Positions 36,985 to 49,356 of a stretch of DNA of 64,000 nucleotides are shown here, piece by piece. The DNA is from Octopus sinensis (taxonomy: Eukaryota). The translations under genes and the position numbers were made by a program. The stretch's first letter is position 1; each line of letters begins with the position of its first letter. The notes under the pieces are model-generated. The model saw only the letters and a program-made list of their open reading frames with translations, ran no database searches and was not told the DNA's origin. Location: assembly GCF_006345805.1 (NCBI RefSeq), contig NC_043022.1:7316001-7380000 (forward strand), read 5' to 3'.

Positions 36985-37277
36985 TTAGCTTACAGCTGTT
37001 TCTGATGCAAGACGCAGTGCACTCAGAGATGAGTGTTTGTGCATCCCGTTATAGCTTCCTCAGAGCTTCTGAAATGAAGTGCAAGTTTACATGGGAAAGC
37101 ATGCGCATACGAAAGGGAATATAGAGTTTGAAGGTTCGCAGCCACTCTCGCTGTGATCTTTTCAATATATGTAAATGCTTTCACTTCATTTAGTAGCTCC
37201 GAGGAAGCTATGAAGTGATGCACAAGCACTAACCTCTGAGTGCATTGTATATTATAGCAGAAACAGCTGGAAGCTAA
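36985..37277. mobile_element. Foldback MITE-like element with arms of about 110 bp
   Basis: TTAGCTTACAGCTGTTTCTG...TTTACATG versus ...CAGAAACAGCTGGAAGCTAA, roughly 80% identical by eye. Confidence 0.7.
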
Positions 37278-37436
37278 AAGTCCTAATTCCGTCATTCCGG
37301 TTCCTTTGTCAGTTATTTCATTTTATATTAACACTCTGTACTCAAGAAACGCTTTATTCTGAAGCATATGCGTATTGAGTTCTAACACAATGTTATTAGT
37401 ATCGCTGCGTTGAGGCAAAATCTTAAAATGTATGTA

Positions 37437-39035
37437 CAGGTGTTGGATAAAATAATGGAAGCACCTTAAAATTTCAGACAAATTTATTTTAATATGGGAT
37501 AGAACCGCCTTTGGCGGTTATTACAGTTTGAATTCTACGAGATATGGACTCGTACAAAGTTTGAATTGTTTCCAAAGGAACTTTTGTCCATTCTTCAACT
37601 AAAACAGTCTCCAGTTCTTGTAGTGATGATGGTGGAAGATATCGACTCCTTACTTGTTTTTTCTAAAATGCACCATAAATGTTCAATAATATTGAGATCT
37701 GGGGACTGTGGTGGCCAGATAAGATGTTCAACTTCACTAGAATATTCCTCATGCCATTCAGTAACAACTTTAACTGTGTGAATTGGTGCATTATCATCCC
37801 GAAAGATTGTGTTTCCATCCAGAAACAGTTCTGCAACCATAGGATGAATTTGATCAGAGAAAATGCTTACTTTTGACTATTAATTCTGCTATGAAGGGAA
37901 ACCATTGGGCCGGCGGATTTCCAAGATATAGACCCCCACCACAGATCATCACAGACCCTACTCCATATTTAACAGTTGGAAGAAGGCAGTCTGGGTCAAA
38001 TGCTTCTTTTGGCAGTCTCCTCACGTATACTCGGCCGGTGACTCGTCCGAGAAAATAACATTCTTCCACTGCTCTAAGGACCATTCTATAGGTTTTTACT
38101 CCACAACGCTTTGCAACGTTTGTTTTTCAAACTAGTGGTTTTTTTTATTGCAACCCTCCCGTGAAATCCGGCTTTGTGCAGCTCCCGGCGAACAGTTTTT
38201 GTGGAAACTGGGTTCTTGAGGTGGTCATTAAGCTCTGCAGTAATTTTGGGAGCTGTACTTTTGTGATCCTTTCTAACAATTCGCGTAAGAGTCCGACGGC
38301 CCCTATCTGAAGGTTTTGGTTTTCTTCCGGAGTTTTGTTTCGACGAGGAGGTTTTTCCCTGTTTCCCAAGGGTTGTCATTACTTTCGAGACAGTACTTCT
38401 GGATACATCAAACATTTCGTCTGTTTTTGTTACGCTAGCGCCTGTCACACGAGCACCAATAATTTGAGCTCTTTTAAAGTCCGATACATCTGTCATTTTA
38501 ATTACTTTTTTCTGATATAGGCACAGGAGTGGCTGTGTGGTAAGTAGCTTGATAACCAACCACATGGTTCCGGGTTCAGTCCCACTGCGTGGCATCTTGG
38601 GCAAGTGTCTTCTGCTATAGCCCCGGGCCAACCAATGCCTTGTGAGTGGATTTGGTAGACGGAAACTGAAAGAAGCCTGTCGTATATATGTATATATATA
38701 TATGTATGTGTGTGTGTTTGTGTGTCTGTGTTTGTCCCCCCAGCATTGCTTGACAACCGATGTTGGTGTGTTTACGTCCCCGTTACTTAGCGGTTCGGCA
38801 AAAGAGACCGATAGAATAAGTACTGGGCTTACAAAAGAATAAGTCCCGGGGTCGATTTGCTCGACTAAAGGCGGTGCTCCAGCATGGTCGCAGTCAAATG
38901 ACTGAAACAAGTAAAAGAGTAAAAGAGTAAGAGAGAGTAAACAATAAATAAAATAAACAAGCTTTTGACGGTTTTATAGATATTTCGAAATTACAATATG
39001 ATGCTTGGGGTTTCCATTATTTTGTCCAACCCCTG
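37437..39035 (-). mobile_element. Tc1-family element with both TIRs and a transposase pseudogene at 37489-38496
   Basis: TIRs CAGGTGTTGGATAAAATAATGG and CCATTATTTTGTCCAACCCCTG, with TA on the left. Motifs IFSDES, FRDDNAPIH and WPPQSPDLNIIEHLW (DD34E type). Frameshifted. Confidence 0.95.
38520..38940 (+). mobile_element. SINE family A in the Tc1 5' UTR
   Basis: Head and tail intact. Confidence 0.92.
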
Positions 39036-39106
39036 AATATGTATGTTTTTGTACGCACGCACACACACACACACACACATCCTCTTTTACTCTTTTGCAT
39101 GTTTCG

Positions 39107-39761
39107 TGGAGGCGCTTGGCTAAGTTGTTAAGGTATTCGGCTCACGATCGCAAGGAAGTGAGTTCGATCCCTGGCGACGCGTTGTGTCCTTGAGCAAAAC
39201 ACTTTAGTTCACGTTGCTCCAGTCAACTAAAAAAAAAAAATAAGTGGTACCTGTAATTCAAAGGGGCCCGCCTTGTTACATTCTGTGTCACACTGAATCT
39301 TCCCGATAACTACATTAGGGGTACATTTGTCTGTGGAGTACTCAGCCACTTGCATGTTAATATCACGAACAGGCTGTTCTGGTGATCGAATCAACTGAAA
39401 CTCTCATCATCATCATAACCAATGGAATGCCAGGTTTTTTGTGAAGGTAGATGGCTTTGTGGTGAAGGATCATGATCGAAAGGTCATGAGTTCACTTCCC
39501 AGCAGCCCATTGTGGCCTTGAGCAAGACACTTTATTTCGCATTACTCCAGCCCCCTCACCTGGCAAAAACAAATAGTACCAGTAATTCAAAAGGGGCCAG
39601 CTTTGTCACATTCTGTATCATACTGAATCTCCCTGAGAACTACGTTAAAGGTAACCGTGTCTGTGGAGTACTCAGCCACTTGCATGTTCACTTCAAGAGC
39701 AGGATGTAAGGTTGATCGGGTCAGCTGGAACACTTGTCGTCGTAGCAAACGGAGTGCCAGT
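39107..39761 (+). mobile_element. Two tandem SINE-C copies
   Basis: Units at about 39107-39434 and 39450-39761. Confidence 0.85.
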
Positions 39762-39764
39762 TTC

Positions 39765-40343
39765 CGTGTTTCAACCACGCTGGTGCCACGCTGGAGCACT
39801 CTCGTTAATGTCACTTTCAATCCTGACAACCATGTACCCAGACAGCTGTAAACAGCTGGTTGTAAATAGGTTCAAAGGTAAATGGAGCGTCATTAGCCCA
39901 CGCGAACTGGAACCCTCTGCCGCTGACAGACCAACGTGATTGTCTTTCACCTCACGAGCTGCATCTGCCTTCGAAGAGGGCCAGCGACAGCGTCTCGATG
40001 CTGCAAGAAAAAGACGTCACAGAGCAGCATCCACCTCAATCATTCTATATTAAGTCACCTACGGACGTACGTTTCGAAATTAAGTCATAGGAAAGCATAA
40101 AAATTAAATAATTATGTCTTACCCTCACGAGCTGCAGCTGCCTTCGAAGAGGGCCGGCGACAGCGTCTCGATGCTGCAAGAAAAAGACGTCACAGAGCAG
40201 CATCCACCTCAATCCAGTCAACAGACTATCGTTGTGACATTTGTGGGCGCCTGTGTGCCTCCAGTTTTAAACTGCGGAGTCATATGCGTTATCATCGCTG
40301 AGAATACAGACTTCCTCGTCATCGGACACAGATGGACTATCAT
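39765..40343 (+). mobile_element. RTE/BovB-like LINE 3' fragment with a C-terminal C2H2 finger
   Basis: AASAFEEGQRQRLDAARKRRHRAAS...YRCDICGRLCASSFKLRSHMRYHR*. A 92-bp internal duplication surrounds an 81-bp insert. Confidence 0.82.
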
Positions 40344-40403
40344 TTCAATCCTGCAGCCCTTCCTCCGGGGTTAATGTTTGGTAAATCAGAGACATGGTCA
40401 CCG

Positions 40404-40868
40404 AATGCTTACTTTTGACTATTAATTCTGCTACGAAGGGAAACCATTGGGCCGGCGGATTTCCAAGATATAGACCCCCACCCCAGATCATCACAGACCC
40501 TACTCCATATTTAACAGTTGGAAGAAGGCAGTCTGGGTCAAATGCTTCTTTTGGCAGTCTCCTCACGTATACTCGGCCGGTGACTCGTCCGAGAAAATAA
40601 CATTCTTCCACTGCTCTAAGGACCATTCTATAGGTTTTTACTCCACAACGCTTTGCAACGTTTGTTTTTCAAACTAGTGGTTTTTTTTATTGCAACCCTC
40701 CCGTGAAATCCGGCTTTGTGCAGCTCCCGGCGAACAGTTTTTGTGGAAACTGGGTTCTTGAGGTGGTTATTAAGCTCTGCAGTAATTTTGGGAGCTGTAC
40801 TTTTGTGATCCTTTCTAACAATTCGCGTGAGAGTCCGACGGCCCCTATCTGAAGGTTTTGGTTTTCTT
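40404..40868 (-). repeat. 465-bp near-identical duplicate of the Tc1 interior (37862-38326)
   Basis: Shares the same disabling lesions and has no TIRs. Confidence 0.95.
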
Positions 40869-41047
40869 GCCTTCCATCCTCCATCGTGTTTTTAAGGAAC
40901 CGCCATACTTATGTAGACCTTTCTTGTGTTTTATCTGATTTTTTTCTCATACTTGTTTCAGTCATAAGAATGCGGCCATGCTGTAGCACCGCCTTGAAGA
41001 ATTTTTATCAAATGTATCGACCTTAAGAATTATTTTTTAAAGCCTGG

Positions 41048-41420
41048 TTGCTTCCCAACCACGTGATTCTGGGTTCAGTTCCACTGCCACCTTGGGCAAG
41101 TGTTTTCTAATATAGCCTCGGGTCGATCAAAGCCTTGTGAGTGGACGGGGTAGATGGAAACTGAAAGAAACCCGTCGTGTATGTATGTGTGTGTGCGCAC
41201 ACGTCTTCATGTCTGTTTGTCCCCCCACCATCGCTTGATAACCGACGTTGTGTTTTCACCCCCGTAACTTTGCGGTTCGGCAAAATTGACCGATAGGATA
41301 AGTTCTAGGCTTATAAAGAATAAGTCCTGGGGTCGATTTGTTTCCACTAAAAACACATTTAAGGTAGTGCTCTGGCATGGCCGCAGTCAAATGACTGAAA
41401 CAAATAAAAGAATAAAAGAA
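41048..41420 (+). mobile_element. Diverged SINE family A copy
   Basis: Homologous body and tail CATGGCCGCAGTCAAATGACTGAAAC. Confidence 0.85.
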
Positions 41421-41594
41421 AAAAAAAATAGGATATAAATAAAATTACTCTAAACAGCTGAGCGCAATGTGACATTATGAAGGTAAAAATTTAATCGTCG
41501 CTAAGCGTGACAGAGGGGGCCGACGCGCCTACATTGCTAGGAGTAAGGGTTAAAATGTTCTTAATGCTGAAGGAAGAGTGCAGATGCATGCGAG

Positions 41595-41980
41595 TTCCGC
41601 CGAGGTCGACATTGCCTTTCGTCCTACCGAAGTCGATAAATTAAGTACCTATTTCTTTATTACCCACAAGGGGCTAAACACAGAGGGGACAAACAAGGAC
41701 AGACATAGGTATTAAGTCGATTACATCGACCCCAGTGCGTAACTGGTACTTAATTTATCGACCCCGAAAGGATGAAAGGCAAAGTCGACCTCGGCGGAAT
41801 TTGAACTCACAACGTAACGGCAGACGAAATACCGCTAAGCATTTCGCCCGGCGTGCTAACGTTTCTGCCAGCTCACCTAAGTACCAGTTACGCACTGGGT
41901 CGATCTAATCGACTTAATCCCTTTGTCTGTCCTTGTTTGTCCCTTCTATGTTTAGCCCCTTGTGAGCAATGAAGAATAAG
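41595..41980. mobile_element. SINE-B1 (minus, 41650-41877) inserted into another SINE-B (plus)
   Basis: 8-bp TSD TAAGTACC at 41642 and 41878. The host sequence resumes after it. Confidence 0.92.
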
Positions 41981-42276
41981 ATACATGCTGACAGGGAAGC
42001 CAACCACCCTTGCCGACGGCACATGTTCGACCAACTCTGCCTGTCAACATATATTCATTTACCATAACATTTTATGGATGATTTGGCGGAATGCTAATGC
42101 GTATATAAAAGATTAATATAAAGAGCTAAGCGCAACGTGATACCATGAAGGGAAAGATTTAATCGTCACTGTGACTGAGGGTGCCGACGCAGCTATATTG
42201 CTAGAAATAAGAGTTAATATACTCATAATGCGTCGATGCATATGTGCACATACACATGTATACTTACTTGTATATA

Positions 42277-42861
42277 TATTTCTTTATTGCCCACAAGGGG
42301 CTAGACATAGAGGGGACAAACAAGGACAGACAGAGGGATTAAGTCAATTACATCGACCCCTGTGCGTAACTGGTACTTTATTTAAGGGGCTAGACATAGA
42401 GGGGACAAACAAGGACAGACAAAGGGATTAAGTCAATTACATCGACCCCTGTGCGTAACTGGTACTTTATTTAAGGGGCTAGACATAGAGGGGACAAACA
42501 AGGACAGACAAAGGGATTAAGTAAATTACATCGACCCCAGTGCGTAACTGGTACTTTATTTAAGGGGCTAGACATAGAGGGGACAAACAAGGACAGACAA
42601 AGGGATTAAGTCAATTACATCGACCCCTGTGCGTAACTGGTACTTTATTTAAGGGGCTAGACATAGAGGGGACAAACAAGGACAGACAAAGGGATTAAGT
42701 CAATTACATCGACCCCAGTGCGTAACTGGTACTTATTTATCGACCCCGAAAGGATGAAAGGCAAAGTCGACCTCGGAGGAATTTGAACTCACAACGTAAC
42801 GACAGACGAAATACGGCTACGTATTTCGCCCGGCGTGCTAACGTTTCTGCCAGCTCGCCGC
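42277..42861 (-). mobile_element. SINE-B1 containing five tandem 89-bp units
   Basis: Units start at 42295, 42384, 42473, 42562 and 42651. TSD CTTA(C/T)TTGTATATA. Confidence 0.95.
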
Positions 42862-42883
42862 CTTATTTGTATATAGCGCACCT

Positions 42884-42932
<49 letters not shown>

Positions 42933-43192
42933 AGGTAGTACAACGACTTGCACCCGTTTCTGCTTATCTGTTTGTTTTCCACACCTACATCTCGAACACT
43001 CCTTTCACACCGAATCTTTTTATATTAAAAATGTTCTCGCTATGCAATCTGTCCCTCTTCCCTCATTGTTTCGCCGTCCTATTTTGCTTTCTTTCTTTCT
43101 TTCTATCGAGTACTTAATAAATTTCCTATTTTCATTTTTTTCTGGAGCTTCACATCAAAGTTATTGTTCACACACACACACACACACACACA

Positions 43193-43396
43193 TATTCTTT
43201 TATTCTTTTACTTGTTTCAGTCATTTGACTGCGGCCATGCTGGAGCACCACCTTTAGTCGAGATAATCGACCCCGGGACTTATTCTTTGTAAGCCCAGTA
43301 CTTATTCTATCGGTCTCTTTTGCCGAACCGCTAAGTGACGGGGACGTAAACACACCAGCATCGGTTGTCAAACAATGCTAGGGGGACAAACACAGA

Positions 43397-43427
<31 letters not shown>

Positions 43428-43832
43428 CATATATACGACAGGCTTCTTTCAGTTTCCGTCTACCAAATCCACTCACAAGGCATTGGTCGGCCCGGGGCTA
43501 TAGCAGAAGACACGTGCCCAAGATGCCACGCAGTGGGACTGAACCCGGAACCATATGGTTGGTTAGCAAGCTACTTACCACACAGCCACTCCTGCGCCTA
43601 TTCTTTTACTTATTTCAATCATTTGACCGCAGCCAAGCCGAAGTGCTGCCTTTAGTCGAACGAATCGACCCCAGGACTTATTCTTTGTAAGCCTAATACT
43701 TATTTTATCACTCCTTTTCGCTGAACCGCTAAGCTACGGGGACGTAAACACAGACACACAAACATATACATACATACATACACACAAACATATACATACA
43801 TACATACATACATACATACATACATACATACA

Positions 43833-43865
<33 letters not shown>

Positions 43866-43912
43866 GTGTGTGTACACGACGGGCTTCTTTCAGTTCCGTC
43901 TACCAAATCCAC
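43193..43912 (-). mobile_element. SINE-A full copy (43193-43598) followed by a second partial copy running into the gap
   Basis: Homologous to family A. Confidence 0.88.
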
Positions 43913-44012
43913 NNNNNNNNNNNNNNNNNNNNNNNNNNNNNNNNNNNNNNNNNNNNNNNNNNNNNNNNNNNNNNNNNNNNNNNNNNNNNNNNNNNNNNNN
44001 NNNNNNNNNNNN
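43913..44012. other. Assembly gap (100 N)
   Basis: Run of n. Confidence 1.
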
Positions 44013-44180
44013 TTCGCCTGGGGATCCTCGGCCTGGTTACCCAATAGCTAGTCTCAGCTCATTTGTGATCTGTTGTTTCTGCACACTAACATTACACATC
44101 CAGCAGAAAATACTGCTTACCTCATTTCTTACCAGTCTTTGAATATCCTCCACATTTAATGCCCATTCTATGCTGATATA

Positions 44181-44391
44181 CTCTCTTTTACTCTTTTACT
44201 TGTTTCAGTCATTTGACTGCGGCCATGCTGGAGCACCGCCTTTAGTCGAGCAAATCGACCCCGGGACTTATTCTTTGTAAGCCCAGTACTTATTCTATCG
44301 GTATCTTTTGCCGAACCGCTAAGTGACGGGGACGTAAACGCACCAGCATCGGTTGTGAAGCAATGCTAGGGGGACAAACACAGGCACTCAA

Positions 44392-44436
<45 letters not shown>

Positions 44437-44592
44437 TACGACAGGCTTCTTTCAGTTTCCGTCTACCAAATCCACTCACAAGGCATTGGTCGGCCCAGGG
44501 CTATAGCAGAAGACACAAGATGCCACGTAGTGGGACTGAACCCGGAACCATGTGGTTGGTTAGCAAGCTACTTACCACACAGCCACTCCTGC
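44181..44592 (-). mobile_element. SINE family A
   Basis: Head and tail present. Confidence 0.92.
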
Positions 44593-45010
44593 ATCATTAA
44601 TCTTTGTACACAAACAACTAACAAAACGTAGCGGCTTTGGCGTCTGTTCATTTGCTTTGGCTATTTGTCGGGTGTTTTAAATGACGTCTGAAATCAGTTA
44701 CGTCAGACATTCAAACAGTTTCATCAAATACCAGACGATCGTTTCACACACGTAAACAGTATGAAACACTGTTGTATCAAGCACAAAATAGTTCATATCA
44801 AACTCTTAAACTCGCAAACGGTTATGGATAAATCCCAAGTTAGTCAGGTTATCGGAAAGATATTGAGAATGGGTTTCATGTATGATGCATCGATGCAAGG
44901 GAAATATGTCTTGTGTATCACGTGATGTATAGGACCAGCAACAAGATAACCAAATACCGCTTGGTTCGTATACATAAACACATATACACACAGATGTGCG
45001 CGCAATATTG

Positions 45011-45050
<40 letters not shown>

Positions 45051-45070
45051 GCACACCATATATATTTATG

Positions 45071-45130
<60 letters not shown>

Positions 45131-46020
45131 TATATGTATACATATATGCGAATATAAACAAAGAGGGTAATAATATAGATTACTACCAGTGGCTCAGCAC
45201 AAAAGACGAATTAGTCATTAGACAAAATATTATTCATATAGAAAAATATTATTCATGTAGAAATATAATTAAGGGCTCCTTATATATATATACTTTATTT
45301 AAAGCAGCAGAAAATTCAACAAAACTTGTTACTCTGAGTTTCCCGTACGGAAAAAAACCCTGCTGCATTGAAACTTAATAAAAATGAAATGGGTGCTAAC
45401 CTACTTATTTTATATTTAAGTGAATGAAAATGCAAATGTGGAAGGGGTCGAATGTTATAGCCATCTTGTTTCACTGCAACTATCTGTTTATAGTTGTTCT
45501 CACCCGGGGTCCACATGATCCTTGAGGATCCAAATAAGGCTTAATTGTTTAAAGTGTTATATATATACATGTATATATCCATCCATACATATATACATAT
45601 ATATACATATATATATAGATATATATGTATTTATAAAGATAGATACATAGATGTGTGCGTGGGTGTTTTTGCGTCTGTATCTGTGTGGTGGGGTGCCGGG
45701 GCGGATTGGAATTGTTTTCTCTTCATCTCTGATGTAATTAAACTCAAAACTCATATAACTAAACTTGACATTTTTATAACCAGAATAATTGTAGGTCGAT
45801 AGCTTATCCAATTAACTCCGCCATAGACATACACAAATTTTAATGTTCTTCAACTGTAACTCTTTAAACTTATGATGTTACTCTTTAATTTGATTAGTTT
45901 TCTGTTACAAAAAAGTAAAATATTTCGGCCCTAAATTATAAAGTGTCAGCGCTATTTTTTCTTTTCTCACAAAATTCACTTTTTTGGACTATTGAATATT
46001 CAATATATTATCGACAATAT

Positions 46021-46760
46021 GGCGGCGAGCTGGCAGAAACGTCACCACGCCGGGCGAAATGCGTAGCCGTATTTCGTCTGCCGTTACGTTATGAGTTCAA
46101 ATTCCGCCGAGGTTGACTTTGCCTTTCATTCTTTCGGGGTCGATTAAATAAGTACCAGTTACGCACTGGAGTCAATATAATCGACTTAATCCGTTTGTCT
46201 GTCCTTGTTTGTCCCTCTCTGTGTTTAGCCCCTTTTGAGTAGTAAAGAAATAGGTATTTCGTCTACCGCTACGTTCTGAGTTCAAATTTCGCCGAGGTTG
46301 ACTTTGCCTTTCATCCTTTCAGGGTCGATTAAATAAGTACCAGTTACACACTGGGGTTGATGTAATCGATTTAATCCGTTTGTCTGTCCTTGTTTGTCTT
46401 CTCTGTGTTTAGCCCCTTGTGGGTAGTAAAGAAATAGGTATTTCATCTGTTTTTACGTTCTGAGTTCAAATTCCACCTTTTATTCTTTCGGGTTCGATAA
46501 ATTAAGTACCAGTTGCGTACTGGGGTCGTTCTAATCGACTGACCCCCTCCCCCAAGATTTCGGTCCTTGTGCCTTGAGTAGGAAAAATCGTTAGCACGCC
46601 GGGCGAAATGCTTAGCAATATTTTGTCTGTCTTTACGTTCAGAGTTCAAATTCCGCCGAGGTCGACTTTACCTTTTATCCTATCGGGGTTGATAAATTAA
46701 GTACCATTCACATACTGGGGTCGATCTAATCGGCTGGTCCCCTCCCAAAAAATTTCGGCG
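46021..46760 (+). mobile_element. SINE-B chain B1-B1-B2-B2
   Basis: Junctions AAAGAAATA|GGTATTTC at 46252/46253 and 46436/46437. The last units carry the B2 tail. Confidence 0.9.
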
Positions 46761-47349
46761 AACAAAATATATTATCCACAGTATGTCTGTGTGTATGTGT
46801 GTGTGTGTGGCGGGGGGGGAGGTGCGCGTGGCTTCGGAGATGTCTTTGTACGGGAATTCTTGAGGGTAGATAAACTGACAAATAGATATATATGCACTTG
46901 AAAGGGAAATGCTTTGTGAATAAAAGTTGAATCCCAAAATACCGTAGGAGTATGTATGTGTGTATATGTTTGCGTGTCTGTGTTTGTCCCCCCCACCCCA
47001 CACACACACCATTGCTTGACAACCGATGATGCTGTGTTTATGTCCCCGTAAGCTAGCGGTTCGGCAAAACACGCGCCTAGAATAATTACTAGGCTTACAA
47101 AGGATGAATCTTGGAAAAAACTATGCCATTTCAATCTCGAGCGACGCCAGGTACATCTGCTTGTTATGATATATTAGAAATCAGGGCAACCTGCCTGCTT
47201 GTCTGTGTCTTTGTCCAAATGAGAATGATAATAATGCCGCTAGTTTTAAGTTCGGGGTTCGTTTTTCATGGCAGTCAGGCTAATGAATGAAGCGTGAGAT
47301 AGAATAGAATTGTACAAGAGTAGCAGTATTGTGTGACATCTAATAAATA

Positions 47350-47353
47350 ATTT

Positions 47354-47393
<40 letters not shown>

Positions 47394-47959
47394 CTGACAG
47401 ACAAGCAGAGAGGCAGAGAGGCAGACGAACGGTCTAACTGATGGATGGATGGATAGGTGAATAGATAGATAGGTTAGCTGGTAGTTATATGGTTAGATAG
47501 ATAGATATATAGATAAATAGATAGATAGAGAGAGAGAAATAGAGAGAAAGAGAGAGAGAGAGACAGACAGACAGAGAGATAGATAGATAGATAGAAATAG
47601 AGAGATAGAGAGAGCGATAGATAGAGAGAGAGATAAACAGAGAGAGAGGGGTACACACAGATAGATAGATAGATCGATAGATAGATAGAGAGAGGGGGGA
47701 GATAGGTAAGTAGACAGATAACTAGACAGATAAATAGATAGAAATATATATAGTGGGGGAGAAAGAGAAATAAGAGAAAGGGAGAGAGAGAAAGAAAGAA
47801 TGAGAGAGAGAGAGAGAAAGGAAGAATGAGAGAGAGAGAGAAAGAAAGAACATAAGAGGGTGAATGTGAGTCGGAATCTTACAAACTAATTTGTAAAAGG
47901 AAGAAATGTGCCCTCACGAGGCGACGCAGAATTACAGTGAGAGAGAGGGAGAGAGAGAG

Positions 47960-48010
<51 letters not shown>
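47350..48010. repeat. (GATA)n/(GA)n purine-strand tract
   Basis: Direct reading. Confidence 0.95.
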
Positions 48011-48013
<3 letters not shown>

Positions 48014-48774
48014 TGTGTGTGTGTTTGTCTTTAATCGTAGCTTTTTGTGTCAGGAATGCCACAGTCGGTGGCCAGACATTTCCTGCCTAATTAACTTGAA
48101 GAATGACAACAACTTACATCCACCCACCCACGCCCATCCAGCTAACTTATTCTTCATTCAACCTCTCTGCTCAATTCTACACTTCAGTTCTCGCTCTCTC
48201 TCTCTCTCTCTCTCTCTCCTTTCTCTCTCTCTTTCTCTCCCTCTCTGTGTCTGCCTGTCTTTTTTCGTCTCACTCAACCTCCCAAGACGAGGGGTTCTTT
48301 CTCGCTTGCGTATCATGAAAGAGAGGAAAGACGTGAGCTTCTGTCGAAGTTGTCACATAATTACAAAGAGTTTCAGACACTCTGATTCAATGGCTGTTTG
48401 GCTGGCTGGCTGGTTGGTTGGTTGGTTGGTTGGCTGGTTGGTTGATTGCTTAGTTGGTAGGTATATAGAGAAAGAGTTAGGGGGAGGGTAGTTTGGGAGG
48501 TCAGGAGGTCGATGAGTATATGTGAGTAGGTAGATTGGCAGATGGGTTTAGAGATAGGTATGTATGTATGTATGTATGTATGTATGTATGTATGTATGTT
48601 TGTTTGTATGTATGTATGTATGTATGTATGTATGTATGTATGTATGTATGTATGTATGTGTGGAGGTGTAATGGCCCAGGGGTTAGGGCAGAGGACACGC
48701 GGTCATAGAATCGCGGTTCCGTAGGTAGATTGACAGATAGGTTTAGAGATGGGTATGAATGTATGTATGTGTGT

Positions 48775-49015
48775 GTGGAGGCGCAATGGCTCAGTGGTTA
48801 GGGCAGCGGACTCGCGGTCGTAAAATCGCGGTTCCGATTCCCAGACCGGGCGTTGTGATTGTGAGTGTTTATTGAGCGAAAACACCTAAAGCTCCACGAG
48901 GCTCCGGCAAAGGGTGGTGGCGAACCCTGCTGTACTCTTCACCACAACTTTCTCTAACTCTTTCTTCCTGTTTCTGCTGTACCTGTATTTCAAAGGGCCA
49001 GCCTTGTTACACTCT
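48775..49015 (+). mobile_element. SINE-C-related variant; head and flank tandemly duplicated at 48526-48720
   Basis: tRNA-like head GGAGGCGCAATGGCTCAGTGGTTAGG...GGTTCCGATTCCC and a shared TACCTGTATTTCAAAGGGCCAGCC block. Confidence 0.75.
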
Positions 49016-49356
49016 GCGCCACTATGTATGTATGTACGTATGTAGGTAGGTAGGTAGGTAGGTAAGTAAGTAGGCAGGCAGGTAGGTAGGTAGGTAGGTA
49101 GGTAGGTAGGTAGGTAGGTAGGTAGGTTGATTGCTTGGTAGGTAAGTAGGGAGGGAAAGAGTTAAAGAGGTAGGTAGCTAAACAAGTGCGTATTTCGATT
49201 GGTTGTTAGGTAGGTCGGCTGGTAGCTTGCAAATAGTTCGGTAGACAATGTCGTTGGTGGATTGGCAGTGGGTAGTTTGATAGGACTGAACCCGAATGCA
49301 TGTGATTGGAAAGCAAACTTCTTACCACAGAGCCACACCTCTTCTTAAATAAAATA

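Noticed and set aside
38086-38910. 274-aa ORF that looks like a novel gene
   Set aside because: It is the antisense of SINE-A read through into the N-terminus of the Tc1 pseudogene.
42295-42738. CRISPR-like regular array
   Set aside because: There are no unique spacers, the units are pieces of SINE-B, the context is eukaryotic, and no cas genes are present.
43700-44142. ORFs spanning the N run
   Set aside because: Artefacts of the 100-N gap; adjacency across the gap is not established.
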